Shown: positions 13,442 through 26,989, counted from the first letter of the stretch. The stretch: 64,000 nucleotides of DNA from Chiloscyllium plagiosum (GCF_004010195.1 NC_057719.1:66676421-66740420), one strand, 5' to 3'. Notes: a model not told the origin generated them from the letters alone. A program made the numbers and translations.

Positions 13442-13644
13442 AATATTCAAGTTTGAGCTGACAAGTGGCATGTCACTCAAGTGCCCGGCAATGATCATTT
13501 CCGCAAAGAAAGAATCTAACTATCAGCATTACCACCACTGAATTCTGCCACTATCAATATCCTGAGGTTTACCATCGACCAGGAACTGAGCTGATTAGTA
13601 ATATAAATACTGTCCAAGACTGGGAATCCACCAGCAAATAAGCT

Positions 13645-13972
13645 GGCACAGTAGCTCAGTGGTAAGCATTGCTGCCTCATAGTTACCAGGGACCCAGGAT
13701 CGATTCCACCCTCGGGAACCATCTATGTGGAGTTTGTATATTCTTTCGGTGTCTGTATGGGTTTCTTCCCACAGTCCAAAGATGTGTGAGTTAGGTGGAT
13801 TGGCCATGCTAAATTGTCTATAACATCCAGGGAAATGCAGGCTAGGTGAGTTAGCCGTGGGAAATGCAGTGTTACGGGGATAGTGTGGGGTGGTGGGACT
13901 GGATGGGTTGCCCTTCAGAGGTTCAGTGTGGATTCAATGGGCTGAATGGCCTGCATCCACAATGTTTTCTAT
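13645..13972 (+). mobile_element. tRNA-derived SINE (HE1/V-SINE type)
   Basis: tRNA-like head ggcacagtagctcagtggtaagcattgctgcctca with a B-box-like ggatcgattcc, central tgtggagtttg...cccacagtccaaagatgtg, and CR1-like tail gggctgaatggcctg. Confidence 0.85.
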
Positions 13973-15289
13973 TAAAAAAAGGTAGCTCACCTCCTTCCTC
14001 CTCAAAATAGGACCCCCATCTACAAAGCACATGTCAAGAATGTGATGGAATATACCCACTTGACTGGATGCATGCAGATCCAGCAACACTGAAGAAGCTT
14101 GACACGATTCAGGACAAAGGAACCCATTTGATTGGCACTACATCCCCAAAATCAACTCCGTCCATCATCGGTTTTCAGCATTGTATAACATCTACAAGAT
14201 GCATTACAGAATTTCCCCAATGCTTTGGGAGCACCTTCCAAACCCATGATCAGAAGGATATGGTCAGCAAATTCATGGAATACCAGCACCTGCACGTTCC
14301 CCTCAAAGCCACTCACCATCCTGACTTGGAAGGATATTGCTGTTCCTTCAGTGTCACTAGGTCAAAATCATGAAATTCCCTCCCCAGTGGCATTATGGGT
14401 TTGCCTACACTTTATGGGCTACAGTGGTTGAAGAGTGATTCTCACAAGTCTTGAGGGCAATTAAGGGATAGACAGTAAATGATAGCCCAGCCAGTGACAC
14501 CCACATCCCATGAATGAATAAAACAATGTCCAAAGCTGAAGATGTGCAAAGATTGCCTCCCTAGCAATAAAGCTTTGCATGTGAGATATATTATCTGTAC
14601 CGTTTTTGTTGAACCACTTTTATTACACTCCACAAAATCATTTTATTTCAGTCTTTCATGTCAAAGTCAGAATATGCACATATAAAAAATGTTAAGTAAT
14701 ATAGCTTACCAGGAAAGATATTTATTGGCTTAAAATAACTGCAAATTTGTGAGCATATTGCAATAAATACAAACAGTCTTTGTGGAAAAGTTTCTGGCAA
14801 TCTATCAATGCTAAGTGGAAAGGATCTGCCATACGTTGACCAAATTCTTCACCTAGAAAAAGAAATTGTCCAGCTTTAAATTATAATCTGTATCATGCTC
14901 TAGTTTAATTTTTTTGCACCTTTTAAAGTACAGAATTATAGAAGTCAGAATACAAAAGGAGGGCATTTGGTTCATAATTTTTACATCTGTGTTGGTGTGA
15001 ACTCATCAACCAAAGCTATCTATTCTAATTGAATTAACTTTCTTTATCCTTTATCCTTTTATATTTTTACTTTAAAAATTCTTGTATAATGCAGTTTTAA
15101 ATTGTGATATGTTTATTGATGGTACAAGTGCTACTTTTGGTAGATAATGTCAAATTTTAATAGCTCTCTAGCTTTCCCTTCATTCTTTTACTGATAATCG
15201 GGATTTTTTTGTCTCCTTTTCACTATTTCCCTTTTTATAATTTGAACAAAAGATCTTGATTTTTCATTTGTGAGAAGATGGAAAATTCT

Positions 15290-15725
15290 ATCTTTTCAAC
15301 AACTCAGCTTCACAATATCTACATCATCTCTAATTCCTGCTGTAGTTTCAGTGAATCTTCACTGGATGCTTTCCATATCCCTAAAGTCTTTCCTATAATA
15401 GGGAGACCAGAAGGACACATAATCTTCTACAGATGTGGCCTAACCAGTGACCTCTACAAATTCAACATTATTTCTTTCCCTTTGTGTTCAGTTGCCCCAT
15501 ATATAAAAGCCATAATTCCATTTGTCTTTTTATGGCCTTTCCTCCCTCCACTTCAATCTTTAAAGAACTTTGTCAACAATCTTACCATTTAGAATGTAAT
15601 TCTCTTCACTTCTTTTTCTCCTGAAGGTTACTATTTCCCATTTCTGTGCATTGAATCCATCTGTCCTTTATCTCCACACTCCACTAATCTAATTTTGTGT
15701 TTCTGCATTTTCTGTGTCTTCCTCA
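15290..15725 (-). mobile_element. Old CR1 LINE fragment
   Basis: Diverged match to the RT C-terminal region of the younger CR1 copies (ggagaccagaaggacacataatcttctacagatgtggcctaaccagtg). Confidence 0.55.
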
Positions 15726-16037
15726 AAACTCTCCTTTATAAACCTGTTAATGAAAAATAAATATCTGTTAGTCAAAAAAAATAAGTTAGTATCTATAATT
15801 AAGCAAAGATCCAAAGACTAAGGTCAGTATACAATACTTTACTTTGGAATTAATGCAATATAGAAGTTACAGCATGGGTACAAAAGTATAGGCAACAGAG
15901 ATGTGGTATGTTAACACATTTGTCATTAATGGTCAAATGCAAATGTAGACACACCAAGAATGGTTTCGAAAAAAAAGGACTCACATTTGAAGTAAATATT
16001 TAAAACTCAGGTATTTAGAGGGATTTGTTTGTGTATG

Positions 16038-17610
16038 AACCACCCTACCCTGGGAAAAAGACCTTGGCTATTCACCCTATCCATGCCCCTCATGATTTCA
16101 TTAACCTCTATAGGTTCACCCCCCAGGCTCCAACATGCCAGGGAAAATAACCCCAGTCTATTCAGCCTCTCTCAATAGCTCAAACCTTCAAACCGCAGCA
16201 ACATCCTTGTAAATCTTTCAGCACCCTTTCAAGTTTAACAGCGTCCTTCCTCTGACAGGGAAACCAGAATTGAATGTAATATTCCAAAAGTGTTGCGAAC
16301 AAATGTCCTGTGCAGCTGCAACATGGCCTCCCAGCTCCTATACTCAATGCCATGACCAGTAAAGGCAAGCGTACCAAACTCTTTCTTCACTACCCTTTCT
16401 ACAAGCAACTCTATCTTCAAGGAGCTATGAACCTGCACCCCGAGATCTATTTGTTTGCTATCACTTCCCAGGAGGGTACCATGGAATGTCCTGCCCTCAT
16501 TTGCCTTTCCAAAATACAACAGCTCACATTTATCTAAATTAAACTCCATCTGCCATACCTCTGTCCATTGGCCCATCTTATCAAGATCCCATTGTAATCT
16601 GAGATGACCTTCTTCATTGACACTACACCACTAATTTTGGTGCCGTCTGCAAACTTACTAACCGTTCCTCCTGTATTCACATCCAAATCATTTATATAAA
16701 TGACAAAATGCTTTTACATAAATGACAAAAAGCAGTGGACCCAGCACTGATACTTGTAATCTAACCTTGCTAATCAGTCTACTATGCAGAATCTTGTTGA
16801 ACGCCTTACTGAAGTCCATATAGTCCACTGCTCTGCCTTAATCAATCCTCTTTGTCATTTCTTCAAAAATCTCAATCAGATAAGTGAGGCAAGATTTCCC
16901 ATGCACAAAACCATATTGACTGACTCTAATTAGTCCTTGCCTTTCCAATTACATGTAAATCTTGTCCCTCAGAATCCCCTCAACAACTAACCCACCACTG
17001 ATGTCAGGCTCACTGGTCTATAGTTCCCTGGCTTTATCTTACCACATTTCTTAAATAATGGCACCACGTTAGTCACTCTCCAGTCTTCCGGCACCTCACT
17101 CCTGGTATTGATTTTACAAATATCTCAACAAGAGGCCCAGCAATGACTTCCCTAGCTTCCCACAAAGTTCTGGGATACCCCTGATCAGGTCCCAGGGATT
17201 TATCCACCTTTGTTTTTTAAGACATCCAGCACCACCTTCCCTGTAATATAGATGCTTTTCAAGATATCACCTATTATTTATCCAAGTTTTCTTGCTTCCA
17301 TACCCTTCTCCACAGAAAATACTGATGTGAAATACTCACTTAATATCTCACCCAGTTCCTGTGGTTCCACACATGGATAGCCTTGTTGCTCTTTAATGGG
17401 TCCTATTCTCTCCCAAGTTACTGTTGTGCCCTTAATGTATTTGTAGAGTCTCTTTGGATTCTCTATAAGCCTATCTGCCAAAGTTATGTCATGTCCCCTT
17501 TTTGCCCTCTTAATTTCCCACTTGGGTATACTTCTACTGCCCTTAAACTCCTCAAGGGATTCATTCGATCCCAGTGTCTACACCTGCCATATTTTCTTGA
17601 CCAGAACCTC
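16038..17610 (-). mobile_element. CR1 LINE ORF2 (RT) fragment
   Basis: ORFs 17278-17481 (ENPKRLYKYIK...IGPIK), 16235-16576 (WQMEFNLDKCE) and 16180-16377 (LEYYIQFW...KLERV). Confidence 0.9.
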
Positions 17611-18520
17611 AGTTACAGAAAGGGAGGGATTGTTGATTCCAAGAAAGAAAAGGTGTTCAAAATAACAAAGGATTCAGTTAAAATAGTTTCTGGAGTCCTT
17701 GTAAATGCTAAGTATTCTTTCACAGCAAACAAAAGGACAAATATTATGGTGAGCATTGCAGACAAACCAGTGAATTACAAACCACAGAAACCTGTGGTCA
17801 CAGGGTAAACTGCTAAAGTTATATCATACCAAGTGTACCGATCCAGTTCTGCTCAACAAGTTATAAGGTGACATTTGCATATCATTGGATGTTCAAGATA
17901 TAGCTATGAGTCTAATCTCCAGAATCAGAGATCTGAGTTATGAAGAACAACAAATTTTAGCTTCTAACCTCAAAGAAAGAAAGCCTTATCAAAACAGAAA
18001 GTCCAAAAGCTTTTTTCAAATAATAAGAGACACTAAAGAAAGGACTGAGAGATAAAATTCAAATGGAAGTTTAATTCAATAAGAGTGGTAGATGTTGTTT
18101 GCATGGATTTTAGTAAAGCCTTTGACAAGGTTCCACATGTTATACTACTTAAAGAAGTTAGAACACCTAGGATTGATGGTGAGCTTGCCAATTGAGTACA
18201 AAATTGGCTTAGCAGTAGGAATCAGCAGGATGTGGTGAAGGGTTGTTTTTCAGATGCCTGTGACCAGGGGTGCAAAACAGGAATCAGTACAAGGTCCCCT
18301 TTTATATAAATAATATGAATGAAAATATAGGAAGCAATGACACCAAAATTGATAGTATAGTGGTCAGTGAAAAAGGTTATCTAATATTACAAAAAAATCT
18401 TGATAAATTGGGTCAACAAACTGAGGAGTGGCAGATAGAGTTTAATTTCGATAAATGCAAGATGTTGCATTTCAGTAAAACAAACAAGGGCAGGACTAAT
18501 GGTAGGGCCCAAGGTAGTGT

Positions 18521-18608
18521 CGGATGCTGCCTGACCTGCTGTGCTTTTCCAGCTCCACACTCTCGACTCTGATCTCCAGCATTTGCAGTTCTCACTTTCT
18601 CCTCTCTG
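18521..18608 (+). mobile_element. 5'-truncated copy of the hammerhead-motif retroposon (core absent)
   Basis: cggatgctgcctgacctgctgtgcttttccagc...ctcactttctcct. TSD ggtagtgt at 18513-18520 and 18609-18616. Confidence 0.85.
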
Positions 18609-18899
18609 GGTAGTGTTGTAGAATGGAGAGACCTAGAGGTTAAGGCGCATAATTCTTTGAAATTTGCATCACAGGTAGACAGGGTGTTTAAGAAGGTGTT
18701 TAGAATGCTTGCCTTCATTGTTCAGACATTTGAGTACAAGACTTGGAACGTCATGTTGAGGTTGTGCAGGACATTGGGGAGGCCTCTTCTGGAATACTGT
18801 GTACAGTTCTAGCCATCCTGCTATAGGAAGGATATTATCAAAGTGGAGAGGGTTCAGAAACGATTTACCAGGATGTTGCTAGGATTGGAGGGTTTGAAT

Positions 18900-19826
18900 G
18901 TAGGTTTGCTCGCTGAGCTGGAAGGTTCATTTTCCTACATCCAGAGCTACAAATCCTCAACCTGAGCTACAAATCTTCTCAAAACTCGCTAGCATCTATG
19001 GGTGCAATACGCTAAAACTGGCCCAAAAATGGGAAACCAACACCATTCGACAGAGCGCCACCCGCTAACAGCTGTACTTCCTGCACGAATGCCTAAGGAA
19101 ACAGATACTACCTAAATGTCTTAAATACAAACCTCCCCTGAACACCCCACTAGCCAAAAGAATAGCAGAGCAAAATGGCCACAGAATCCTTAGAGAAATT
19201 ATTAATGATGTCCACAACAGACTTTGTATATACTGCTGGGAAATTTCATGCCAAAAGACTTTACTCTCTAAGGCAACAGACCATGAATGGACAGACACAG
19301 TACAACAAGCCATAGACATTAGACAGTGACAAACACAGAAAATGAAAAAAACACAAAATAAACTAGGCAAACTTACACAAAATAACAACACAGAAGCATG
19401 GATTTAAAAAAAACTTATCTGACCGGCCTTTAAAAGACACTGAAAAACCAGTCTTAGTAAGAAGATTAAATTACAACTTCTGGGATGCAGACAAGAAAGA
19501 TTTCTTAGCAGCATTAGAAACAACAATGAAAGACAACCAACTCACAGAAAAAAACCCAGCAAACCATCAGATAGTTGCACCAACATTAAGCAGGAAAAAG
19601 AAAGGAAACACACTCAATACACAAGAAAGGAAAGCTCTAGAAAGACTAAAAAAAGATAAAAACATTGTTGTCCTACATGCAAAGGACGCTCGACAGTCAT
19701 TTTAAATCAAAGATACTATATTGAGAAAGCAAACGCACTACTTGCAGATAATGAAAACAAACCTTCCAGTGAGCAAACTTACATCCAGACTCAACCTGGG
19801 CTACAAATCTTATCAAAACTCACTAA
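18900..19826 (+). mobile_element. Internally deleted Penelope-like element with pseudo-LTR ends, inserted in CR1
   Basis: Perfect 14-bp TSD tggagggtttgaat (18886-18899 and 19827-19840). Direct terminal repeat ...ctcaacctg(a/g)gctacaaatctt(c/a)tcaaaactc(g/a)cta at both ends, plus an inverted 5' piece. Coding remnant QLYFLHECLRKQILPKCL...ERKALERLKKDKNIVVL.A.KG. Confidence 0.85.
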
Positions 19827-22800
19827 TGGAGGGTTTGAATTATCAAAATAGGCTAGATAGGCTGGCACTTTTTTCACTCGAGCATGGGAGGTTGAGGGAT
19901 GACCTCATTGAGGTTTATAAAGTTATGAGGGGCTTAGATAAGGTAAATAACAAGGGTCTTTTTCTTCGGGTGGAAGAGTTTTTTTTAAGATAAGTGGAGA
20001 AAGTTTGAAAAAGGCAATGAGTAGCAACCTTTTTACACAGAGAGTGGTTCATGTGTGGAATGAACTGCCAGACAAAGTGGTGTACGCAGGCACAGTTACA
20101 ACGTTTAAAAGACATTTGGACAGGTACATGAATAGCAATGGTTTGGAGGGATATGGGCCAAATGCAGGCACATGGGACTAGGTTAGTTTGGGACCATGCT
20201 CAGTGTAGGTTAGTTGGCCTGACAAATTATTGACTGAAATTGTTGGTGAACTGTAACCTCTGCCCTGGTGTATGTAAAGTGGAATGAAAGGCTTTGGCTG
20301 ATATGTATGTTTTATATTTCCTGTCATTTTGTTATGAACCAGAGACTTGATAATGGACCATCTTTCAGATAATAAATGCCCCAGTAAGAATATGAATGAC
20401 TTCATACAAAATGGCAAGTACATCTTCAGGGAGGTTAAATGGTTTCACAGGTGAGCAACGGTGCTTCGGCAATACCTGACGAAACTCTTCCCATTAACCT
20501 TTTCCTCAGCCCCCACACAAAGAGCACCTTGAGAATTACAATCTTAGTAAGAAATTGAACCTGTGGATTAATCAGGAGTCCGCTCCTCTTACCTTGAAGC
20601 AAAGGCTATCAACCAGCTGATGCCTGGCTGAAGAACTTATCAAGAAGATAAAACACATGCTGCATGTGGGAAACCTAACCTCTTACATTTTCCTCCAAAA
20701 CTCTGTCCCCCCCCCCCACGCATGTGATCCAAATCTACCCCAGGTATCCAGTCTGGTAGGTCTTAATGCGAATTTTTCATTTTGTTTATCCGAAGAGCCA
20801 CTTTGTAGCTTGTGCTGCTCACACAGGGCACAGCACTTTTAATGATCGCTAGGAACCATGGATGACAACTTAAAAGCCTGCAGAAAGTTTGTGGGCTGTT
20901 ATAAGTGTGATAAATGCACACCACCTACCAACCACAAAATCTGTATCCTTTTTTCACTATAATCATGTATTACACTGAAAATGTTTTGGTAGATCATTCT
21001 ACTTAGGAATGTAAATGATGATAAATACACTTTAATTCTCAACAAATAAGTGCCTAAAGGTCACTTCTGAGTCCGTTCATACTTGTGTTTCAATGTCAAA
21101 TCTTAGCATACAGATGGGATTACAACAATTTTCAATGTGTAAAGCAATGATTAACTTAATAGCAAGGCAGCATTGCTTTGTGACCCCATGCAAAATAAAT
21201 TGTTTGCTGGAGATGTGTTAACATGATGGTTTGCAGTCACTTCTACTCTGCCTGTGGTGTGCACATTGTGTTCCCCTGCCCTGGCTGTCATTCCCCATCA
21301 CACACGCTGTTGTTATGGTGAGGGCAAATACAATTGATGGAGTGTGTTTTGTGGTTTTCATACTGAATTCTTGAGTTTCCTTTGGTATGGCTGACCAGGG
21401 GCATAATGGTAAGAGATTTATACTGAGAGTAAATTGTATGTTTTGTCCCTAGAGTCTTACACACCAACTGTATGTTAAATCACTTTCTTGTAGGTTAAAT
21501 CAAATTCTTTATCCAGTGATTAAAAGATTTTTTTTGGCGTTAACCCCATCACTTTTTAATAAATCATTCGAGCAGGGCAATTAATTTAATTATATTTATT
21601 TGCAGGAAATTTGCCTTTTCAGTAGCAAAGGATACCAATTTAGCTGAAGTTAAATAAATTCCAGAGCTGCACAACTGTTGTTTGTACAATATGCTCTCAT
21701 CGTGTTCCCTCCTTTTTATGTATTTCTACACCTCTTGTCCCTCTGCATTCACATTATCAATGCTGATGCTACTTGAGCATCTTGGCAGCCTGTCATTAAA
21801 GTAACTGCAGCTCAGCAGGTAAGCTCAGCATGCCCTGATCATATTCATGCCAACCAGCTGAAAACAGCCGAACTTACAACTGGCAGGCCATTAAAAGCAC
21901 CTTAATTGGCCTTAACAATCAACAACAGGCTTTGCAATGAAATTTTGTTGAGTGCTTCACTTTTTTTTAACAGGCATAAAACAACGGGTATTGCTGAAGC
22001 TGACAAAATTATCCTTGTGTGTTTTCCTCTGTTTTTATTTTGGTTATCTGCTGTTTTTAGCATACATCCTTGCAGTTGTTGCTGTTCATTAACATCAGAT
22101 AACACACTTTTGGGATAATTTAGGAAATAGGACAGGATGCAATAAAGTGTAGAAAACTATTAAGTCGGCAGATTGAATAGGTAACATACCTTCAGCATCA
22201 TAAGGTTTGATTTTCATAATTTGCCATTTTGCCTGTGCATGTTATAAACTTATCCTGCGGTTGTGTTGCTAAGCCTATATTGATGGCATGCGTACAATCT
22301 AAATGATATTAGTTCTGGATATTAGTTCTTGATGAAGAGATGTCTCACTGTTACCCTATTTTAGACTTCTACTTTATTATGAAGGAAATCTTGCATTAAA
22401 CATTGAGCAGCCAAATTTTGACGAACGTGCAGAAGGCCAAAGCAAACCAATGTTATCATTCTTTAATCTACATATGTGACAGAACTGTTCATTCTTTTCC
22501 ACTCTTTTAAAATGTGGCCAGTCCTCCACATCATCTCAAATTATCTCTCATCTCTCATAATGTTGTTTAACCAAGTTTGTGACTACTAGAGTCAACAATC
22601 ATTGAGTGCACTTCGCAGTCGATAGAACCAATCTCTATTGCCACCTGGGAACTGCTACGTTACATTGCAAACAGGCTATGTGTATACATGCTTGGATACA
22701 TACAGAGTTCTGCCTTACATATAGCTTATTTCTAATATGTGAGAGTTCACATTACTTTCTTCTATATTAAGAACATGCAAACATAAAAGAGTTCAGTAAA

Positions 22801-25800
22801 CTCCTGGAACTTTTAAAGTGTGAACACAGATGATTTCAATATGCTGTTGAGTCAGATTGAGTTTGATACCACTACACAGTGGCTCCATATTAATACAAAA
22901 ATGGTGGCCTAATTGCATTCCAAAAATGTTTTCTTTTCATACATATCCAAATTCATTTTATAAATGGAGAAATATCAAAAACGCACAATCAACAATTATC
23001 TAACACGTAGATCAAATGCATGATGTGGTAAGTTGTGAAAAAAGAGGGAGAATGGTCATCAGCAGGGGATGTGTATAAATGTTCTGAAGTAACTTCAGCA
23101 GTGACACTAAAGACCTATAAATCGATGCAGTAAACCCAAATGTGCAATATAAAATAAATTATTCTTTTATACATGATAACCCATTAGCAAGTATAGCTTT
23201 AATTTTTATTGCATAAAAATATAATTTACACATATCAGGAGAGAAGTGTCTCATCCAGTTAAAACTGAATTTTATGAGGGATAATATTGTGTTTCTTCTT
23301 CAAGAAATGGGTCATTGGTTGTGCTTGTAAACATAAGGCACATATGGTACCTATCTATAAATCACATCCTGTTTTTAAATGCCTGGATGTGTTAGATCTA
23401 CACAGAAGTCATTCTGAAATATAAGCCGTATCTCATGCCTTAAATGATTGGTGCAACTTCACATGAAACTCATGTAGTAAATTCCTTCAAATTATTTATC
23501 AACAATTATAATAAATTTTGGATATTCATTATTGATTTATGTGAAAGTGTAGAAAAGATTATTAGTTCATCATTTTGATTAATCATAATGCAAGTTTCAT
23601 ATATGATTAATCAACATAATGAATAAAGGGGGAAATTTCTTTTACACTTTCAACATCAATGAATAAGTGCACATAGTGCTTAGTATAATTCATAAGTGGA
23701 AGATTCCTAGTTGTAGCACAAAATATATATCTGAGATTGCACTAGACTAACTTCATTCAATAGGCATGGGTTTATATTATTGTTGGTAAAATTAAGTTTT
23801 TTAAAAATTGCGACTATTGCCTTAGACTAGATCAGAAAAATATACTACATATTTAATTTGCAAGTTTCTGTTAATATAGGACTGATTCATTTGTTGAGCC
23901 TAATGCAACAAAAAAACTTATAAGGTGTTGATTTGGAAATCCTGGACAACAGTTCCATTTTCCCCTTCTGCTTTTGCCTTCTCACTGTGAAAAGATCATA
24001 ATGGACTTTGGAACTATGTAAATGTGTCATTTGAATTTCAAAATCAGAAATAGCATTGATATGTGCATGATGTATGTCAGTATGTTTTATCACTGTATAA
24101 AGCTAGGTACTCAACTGAGTCCTTGGCATTGGCATTTAGTTGCCTGCTTAATATTTGATAGTCTTTTGGGTAAAAGCTTGGTATCTGCAAGTTAAAAACA
24201 AAATTGGAGGCAAGAAATCTAGTTACACTTCTATTTTTATGTGAGCTCAACAAGAGTTTCCAATAACTTTCATATTGTCTCTATCAGTGCCTTTTCCTAC
24301 ACCTCTTTTAAATGACATTTATACATAGAAATTGTGTTCTAAATGCCGTAATCTGGCAATTAGTAATGCTTAAACTATCCATTTTACACCAATTTTGTGC
24401 AATTGAGGTGATTATTGCTTCAGACATGTTACAATCTGGAGGGAAGTAGTTAGTAGTTAAGTGTGCTGATGCATGTAACTTTTCTTTTAGAGGCTCTGCT
24501 AATATAAAACTAGTCAGTCTGATTCATAGTTTGCCTGTTACTTAGTATCCAAGCACTCACCATGTAAAGTACAATATTTTCTAATAACTAATACTAAATA
24601 TATTTTCTTCATCTAAATGTAAAATGTTACCATAAGCCTAAGTATTTCCTTCAGTAGGTCACTGAAGTATATTTCCTTATTGTAAGAGGACAGTATAAAG
24701 ATTGAAAAATCATTTGAATATTCACTCTGGAAAAAACTGATGTATGAAAATAACAAAACTCTTTTTGCAGTCCCAGATACTTACAGGGATCTATCCCTTT
24801 CAAATACAAAACATAAAATATTGAGCTTAGGAATTTCAAGCAATTGTAATAAATCTTACAATAGAAATTGTGCAAGCAATATTTGCTTAGAATTTTACTA
24901 ATTTAGAGCACTTAAATCCATTGGAATGATTTGTTGAGGAATAAAACAGAGCAAGATTTCTGAGATGAGAAAGCTTAATTTTACATCATCCCACGTTCAT
25001 TTTAGGACTTCACACACATTTTAGTATTGTGAGAAGCAACATTGGATTTCCAGCATTGTGGAGTGTGAGTGTACCAGAAGGAGTAATTTATTAAAGATGT
25101 TGAAACTTTCATTGCTTCTATTTTGTGGTTAAAGCTTACTGACTTAATTGTACTTTCTTTTACAACAAGCATTTATTTATATTATTCATTGGCCTTCATT
25201 TTCATTTTCTCTGGAAGCAATTCATATCAGAACAGATACTTCATTAACTAAAGACACAAGAGAATAAAGTTTTATTTTGAGGTTTTATTTTGTACTCGTA
25301 CACTGTCAGATGACCTAGATAAAGATTTTGTTTTAGCCTGGTTTTGATTTCAACCACGGTCTAATGCTACATTATAGTGTTAAGAGTCTAAAAGTATAAA
25401 AATGTTACTGATTTTCAAACAAGCAAGCAGAAATGGGTGGTTTGAATTGTGAGAAATTTAAGAATTAATAAATAAATGAAAATAATGCATAAGTGTGAAG
25501 TCTCTCCTCACTGCCGGATCCCCTGCTAGTGTTAACAACAAACTTTGAGATATTAGCCACAATTGCAAGTGGGGATCCAGAGATACTTTTGAAGTGAGCA
25601 CATATGGGGTATTTACACGCAAAACGTAAACCTCTGATGTGCAGAGACATACTGCCCAGATCCTTCTGTGGAAGCCACTGACCCCACTGTTGGAGGCTTG
25701 GGCTGGCTGCCTTGACCTTGCCCAGAAATTTACTCAAGGATACTAACACCAGTTAATCACAGGTGTAGGACCTGGGTTGAAAGTGATTAACAGCAGAAGT

Positions 25801-26246
25801 TGTATCTGGAAGGCCTCAAAATGTATTCAAAATTAAACTTATTGAACAATTAATAACCCCCCCAGTGCTCATCCTTCCTCATTTAGGGTCCTCCTCTACT
25901 ATTGGAGACATTTTTAACACATTTGATTGGGTTGAATGTGCTCCACGATCTTCACATTTGACTTACTTACCTTAGAGCATATTAGAAATATCAGTCATTT
26001 ACAAAGTGAAATTCTATTTCTTGGCAGCTGGTGGCTTTGGTGGTTGTTTGAAGTTGTTTCCTGGTGATGGGATCTCCAATTATCAGTTGGTTTTCTGCTT
26101 TTGCTTTTAGTTTCAGGTCATCGCACTCTATGTGGATAAGTACCATGAACTTGTCTTAGCAACTTGTCTTTGAACAAAACCTATGTTGTTTATTTGAATT
26201 GTTGTTTATCTGAAATACATTTTGATTGTTGTTAACCAATATAAAT

Positions 26247-26430
26247 GTTTAAAGTTAAAAATCAGACAACACCAGGTTATAGTCCAACAGGTTTATTTGG
26301 AAGCACTAGCTTTCTGAGTACTGCTCCTTCATCAGGTGGCTAGTGCTTCCAAATAAACCTGTTGGACTATAACCTGGTGTTGTGTGATTTTAACTTTTTA
26401 CACCCCAGTCCAACACCAGCATCTAGAAAT
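26247..26430. mobile_element. Fold-back short retroposon (second family) with a hammerhead motif in the loop
   Basis: Near-perfect inverted arms of about 60 bp at 26251-26310 and 26339-26397. 10-bp TSD caatataaat at 26237-26246 and 26431-26440. Confidence 0.85.
26304..26338 (-). ncRNA. Minimal type I hammerhead ribozyme motif
   Basis: Minus strand reads CAC-CUGAUGA-A-GGAG-CAGUA-CUCA-GAAA-GCUA/GUG: intact core, stem I CAC/GUG, stem II GAG/CUC, palindromic AGCU stem III, CUA cleavage triplet. Activity untested. Confidence 0.65.
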
Positions 26431-26989
26431 CAATATAAATATTGATACACAGGAAAAAAACTATTGAAGTCACTTGCTGTAATGTTGAATAATCTGCAAA
26501 ATGCTGTACAGTTCATTATTCATTCACAAACAAAGCAAGCATATATCAGGTGACCAGCATGGAACACACTGGGGAAATCCTGGGTAGAACAATGTGTACT
26601 ATTGAAGGAAAGTAGCACATCAGGTTATTTTCACCTTTATGACTCAGCTTTTAACACATTCAGAAACATTTGCTACATGGGTAATGTATGATGGATGATT
26701 AGTTAATGGATCATTAATTGTACCAAACTAAAGTACAAAATTTAAAAGGGCAGCTCAGGTGAGTGGACTGCACTGTAGCTGAAAAGAATTGATTATATAC
26801 ATAATTGGTTAGGATTTACTATGCCCAGCAAACAAACTACGCTTACTGTTTGTTAAACTTTCTCTCACTCCTTTAACTGCCATGACCTGTTGCACTGGAA
26901 ATTCCTGTAAGCCGGAGATCCAAACTGTGTGGCACCTTCCGCAGGGCACCTGGAATGCATGTGAAAACAAGTCAAATAATTACATAATA

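Larger units (their letters stand above)
12745..14522 (+). mobile_element. Non-LTR retrotransposon (CR1/L2 superfamily) RT and 3' end, with nested insertions
   Basis: RT motifs PAIFSCFINGLPS...FADDCTMF (ORF 13009-13221) and LKKLDTIQDK (14068-14373). 3' tail gggcaattaagggatag...cccacatcccatgaatgaata. Confidence 0.85.
18082..20225 (+). mobile_element. CR1 LINE ORF2 3' half, interrupted by two PLE-type insertions
   Basis: [17 protein letters not shown] at about 18088, WQIEFNFDKCKMLHF, RLRDDLIEVYKVMRG, and the CR1 3' UTR to about 20225. Confidence 0.9.

Noticed and set aside
13645..13720. tRNA gene
   Set aside because: tRNA-like A and B boxes continue into a SINE body and tail with no complete cloverleaf; the same holds at 27620-27691 and 41660-41731.
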